This document shows, piece by piece, positions 63,927 to 64,000 of a stretch of DNA of 64,000 nt. Location of the stretch: positions 42-64,041 of the forward strand of contig CANRNO010000004.1 in the NCBI GenBank assembly GCA_947632065.1, given 5' to 3'. Within the stretch, counting starts at the first letter, position 1, and each line of letters opens with the position of its first letter. The notes under the pieces were generated by a model. The model had not been told where the DNA came from, ran no database searches, and saw nothing but the letters and a program-made list of their open reading frames with translations. This stretch comes from an uncultured Bacilli bacterium (GTDB taxonomy: Bacteria > Bacillota_I > Bacilli_A > RF39 > UBA660). The translations under genes were made by a program, and so were the position numbers.

Positions 63927-64000
63927 CTCCTAATTTATAACCAATTATAAGACCAAGTCCTAAGAAAACTATTCCTATAATTATTTGAATAACATCAAAA
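63919..64000 (-). CDS. 3' end of a membrane-protein gene (partial, runs off the window)
   Basis: Hand translation gives ...FDVIQIIIGIVFLGLGLIIGYKLGDE*. Its stop codon overlaps the uppP start region. Confidence 0.35.
   Translation of the reverse strand, partial: FDVIQIIIGIVFLGLGLIIGYKLGDE

Noticed and set aside
1-64000. A scan for CRISPR arrays, rRNA/tRNA genes, IS elements with terminal inverted repeats, integrases, and phage or defence-system gene sets.
   Set aside because: No spaced direct-repeat arrays were seen. No GC-rich structured RNA-gene-like segments appear other than the two T-box cores and the infC leader. No integrase, transposase (DDE) or phage structural gene signatures were found. 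The only mobile-element-like gene is the Rpn/PDDEXK_2 ORF, reported above.

Overview
The window is very AT-rich, about three-quarters A+T by eye, and reads as standard-code, low-GC Bacillota chromosomal core. It has peptidoglycan genes and Bacillus-like synteny, with sporulation-associated genes (SspI-like, SirA/YneE-like, SpoVB/MurJ-like). That suggests an Erysipelotrichales or Clostridia-like spore former, though I cannot place it more exactly. About 66 genes are packed tightly and all but four lie on the minus strand. Recognisable content by coordinate: a DUF2419 queuosine-salvage gene, xseB, xseA, nusB; recD2, mtaB; an OmpR-type two-component system; lemA and a DUF2207 gene; sspI-like; a CDF transporter; a GH36 alpha-galactosidase; pheS-pheT behind a canonical Phe T-box; frr; tsf, rpsB; rplT, rpmI, infC (ATA start, attenuator leader); glyQS behind a LOG-family gene and a very short Gly T-box; a MOP flippase; hsp20; an NrtR-like, histidine-phosphatase and AAA_28-CYTH operon; two M16 peptidases; deoD; ftsK; an Rpn/PDDEXK_2 nuclease; ftsA-ftsZ; prs; divIB, murB, murG; miaA, mutL; an orphan type IV pilin; uvrC; yneF; sirA-like; tkt; uppP. 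I saw no rRNA, tRNA, CRISPR array, IS element with inverted repeats, prophage or recognisable defence island. Nothing here is a clear-cut novel system. The best candidates for a second look are: (1) the minimal Gly T-box with a LOG-family first cistron; (2) the NrtR-like operon with a palindromic operator and a P-loop-CYTH fusion whose EXEXK motif looks degenerate; (3) Rho_N/SAP-like tails on both ribosomal proteins S2 and L20; (4) a pentapeptide-repeat gene with a 639-bp internal tandem duplication; (5) a paralogous pair of TasA-like secreted proteins next to the dcw genes, plus the orphan pilin; (6) phased TTTACA repeats and a 16-bp palindrome in the one large divergent intergenic region. 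All family calls come from recalled motifs and synteny. No database search or folding program was run.
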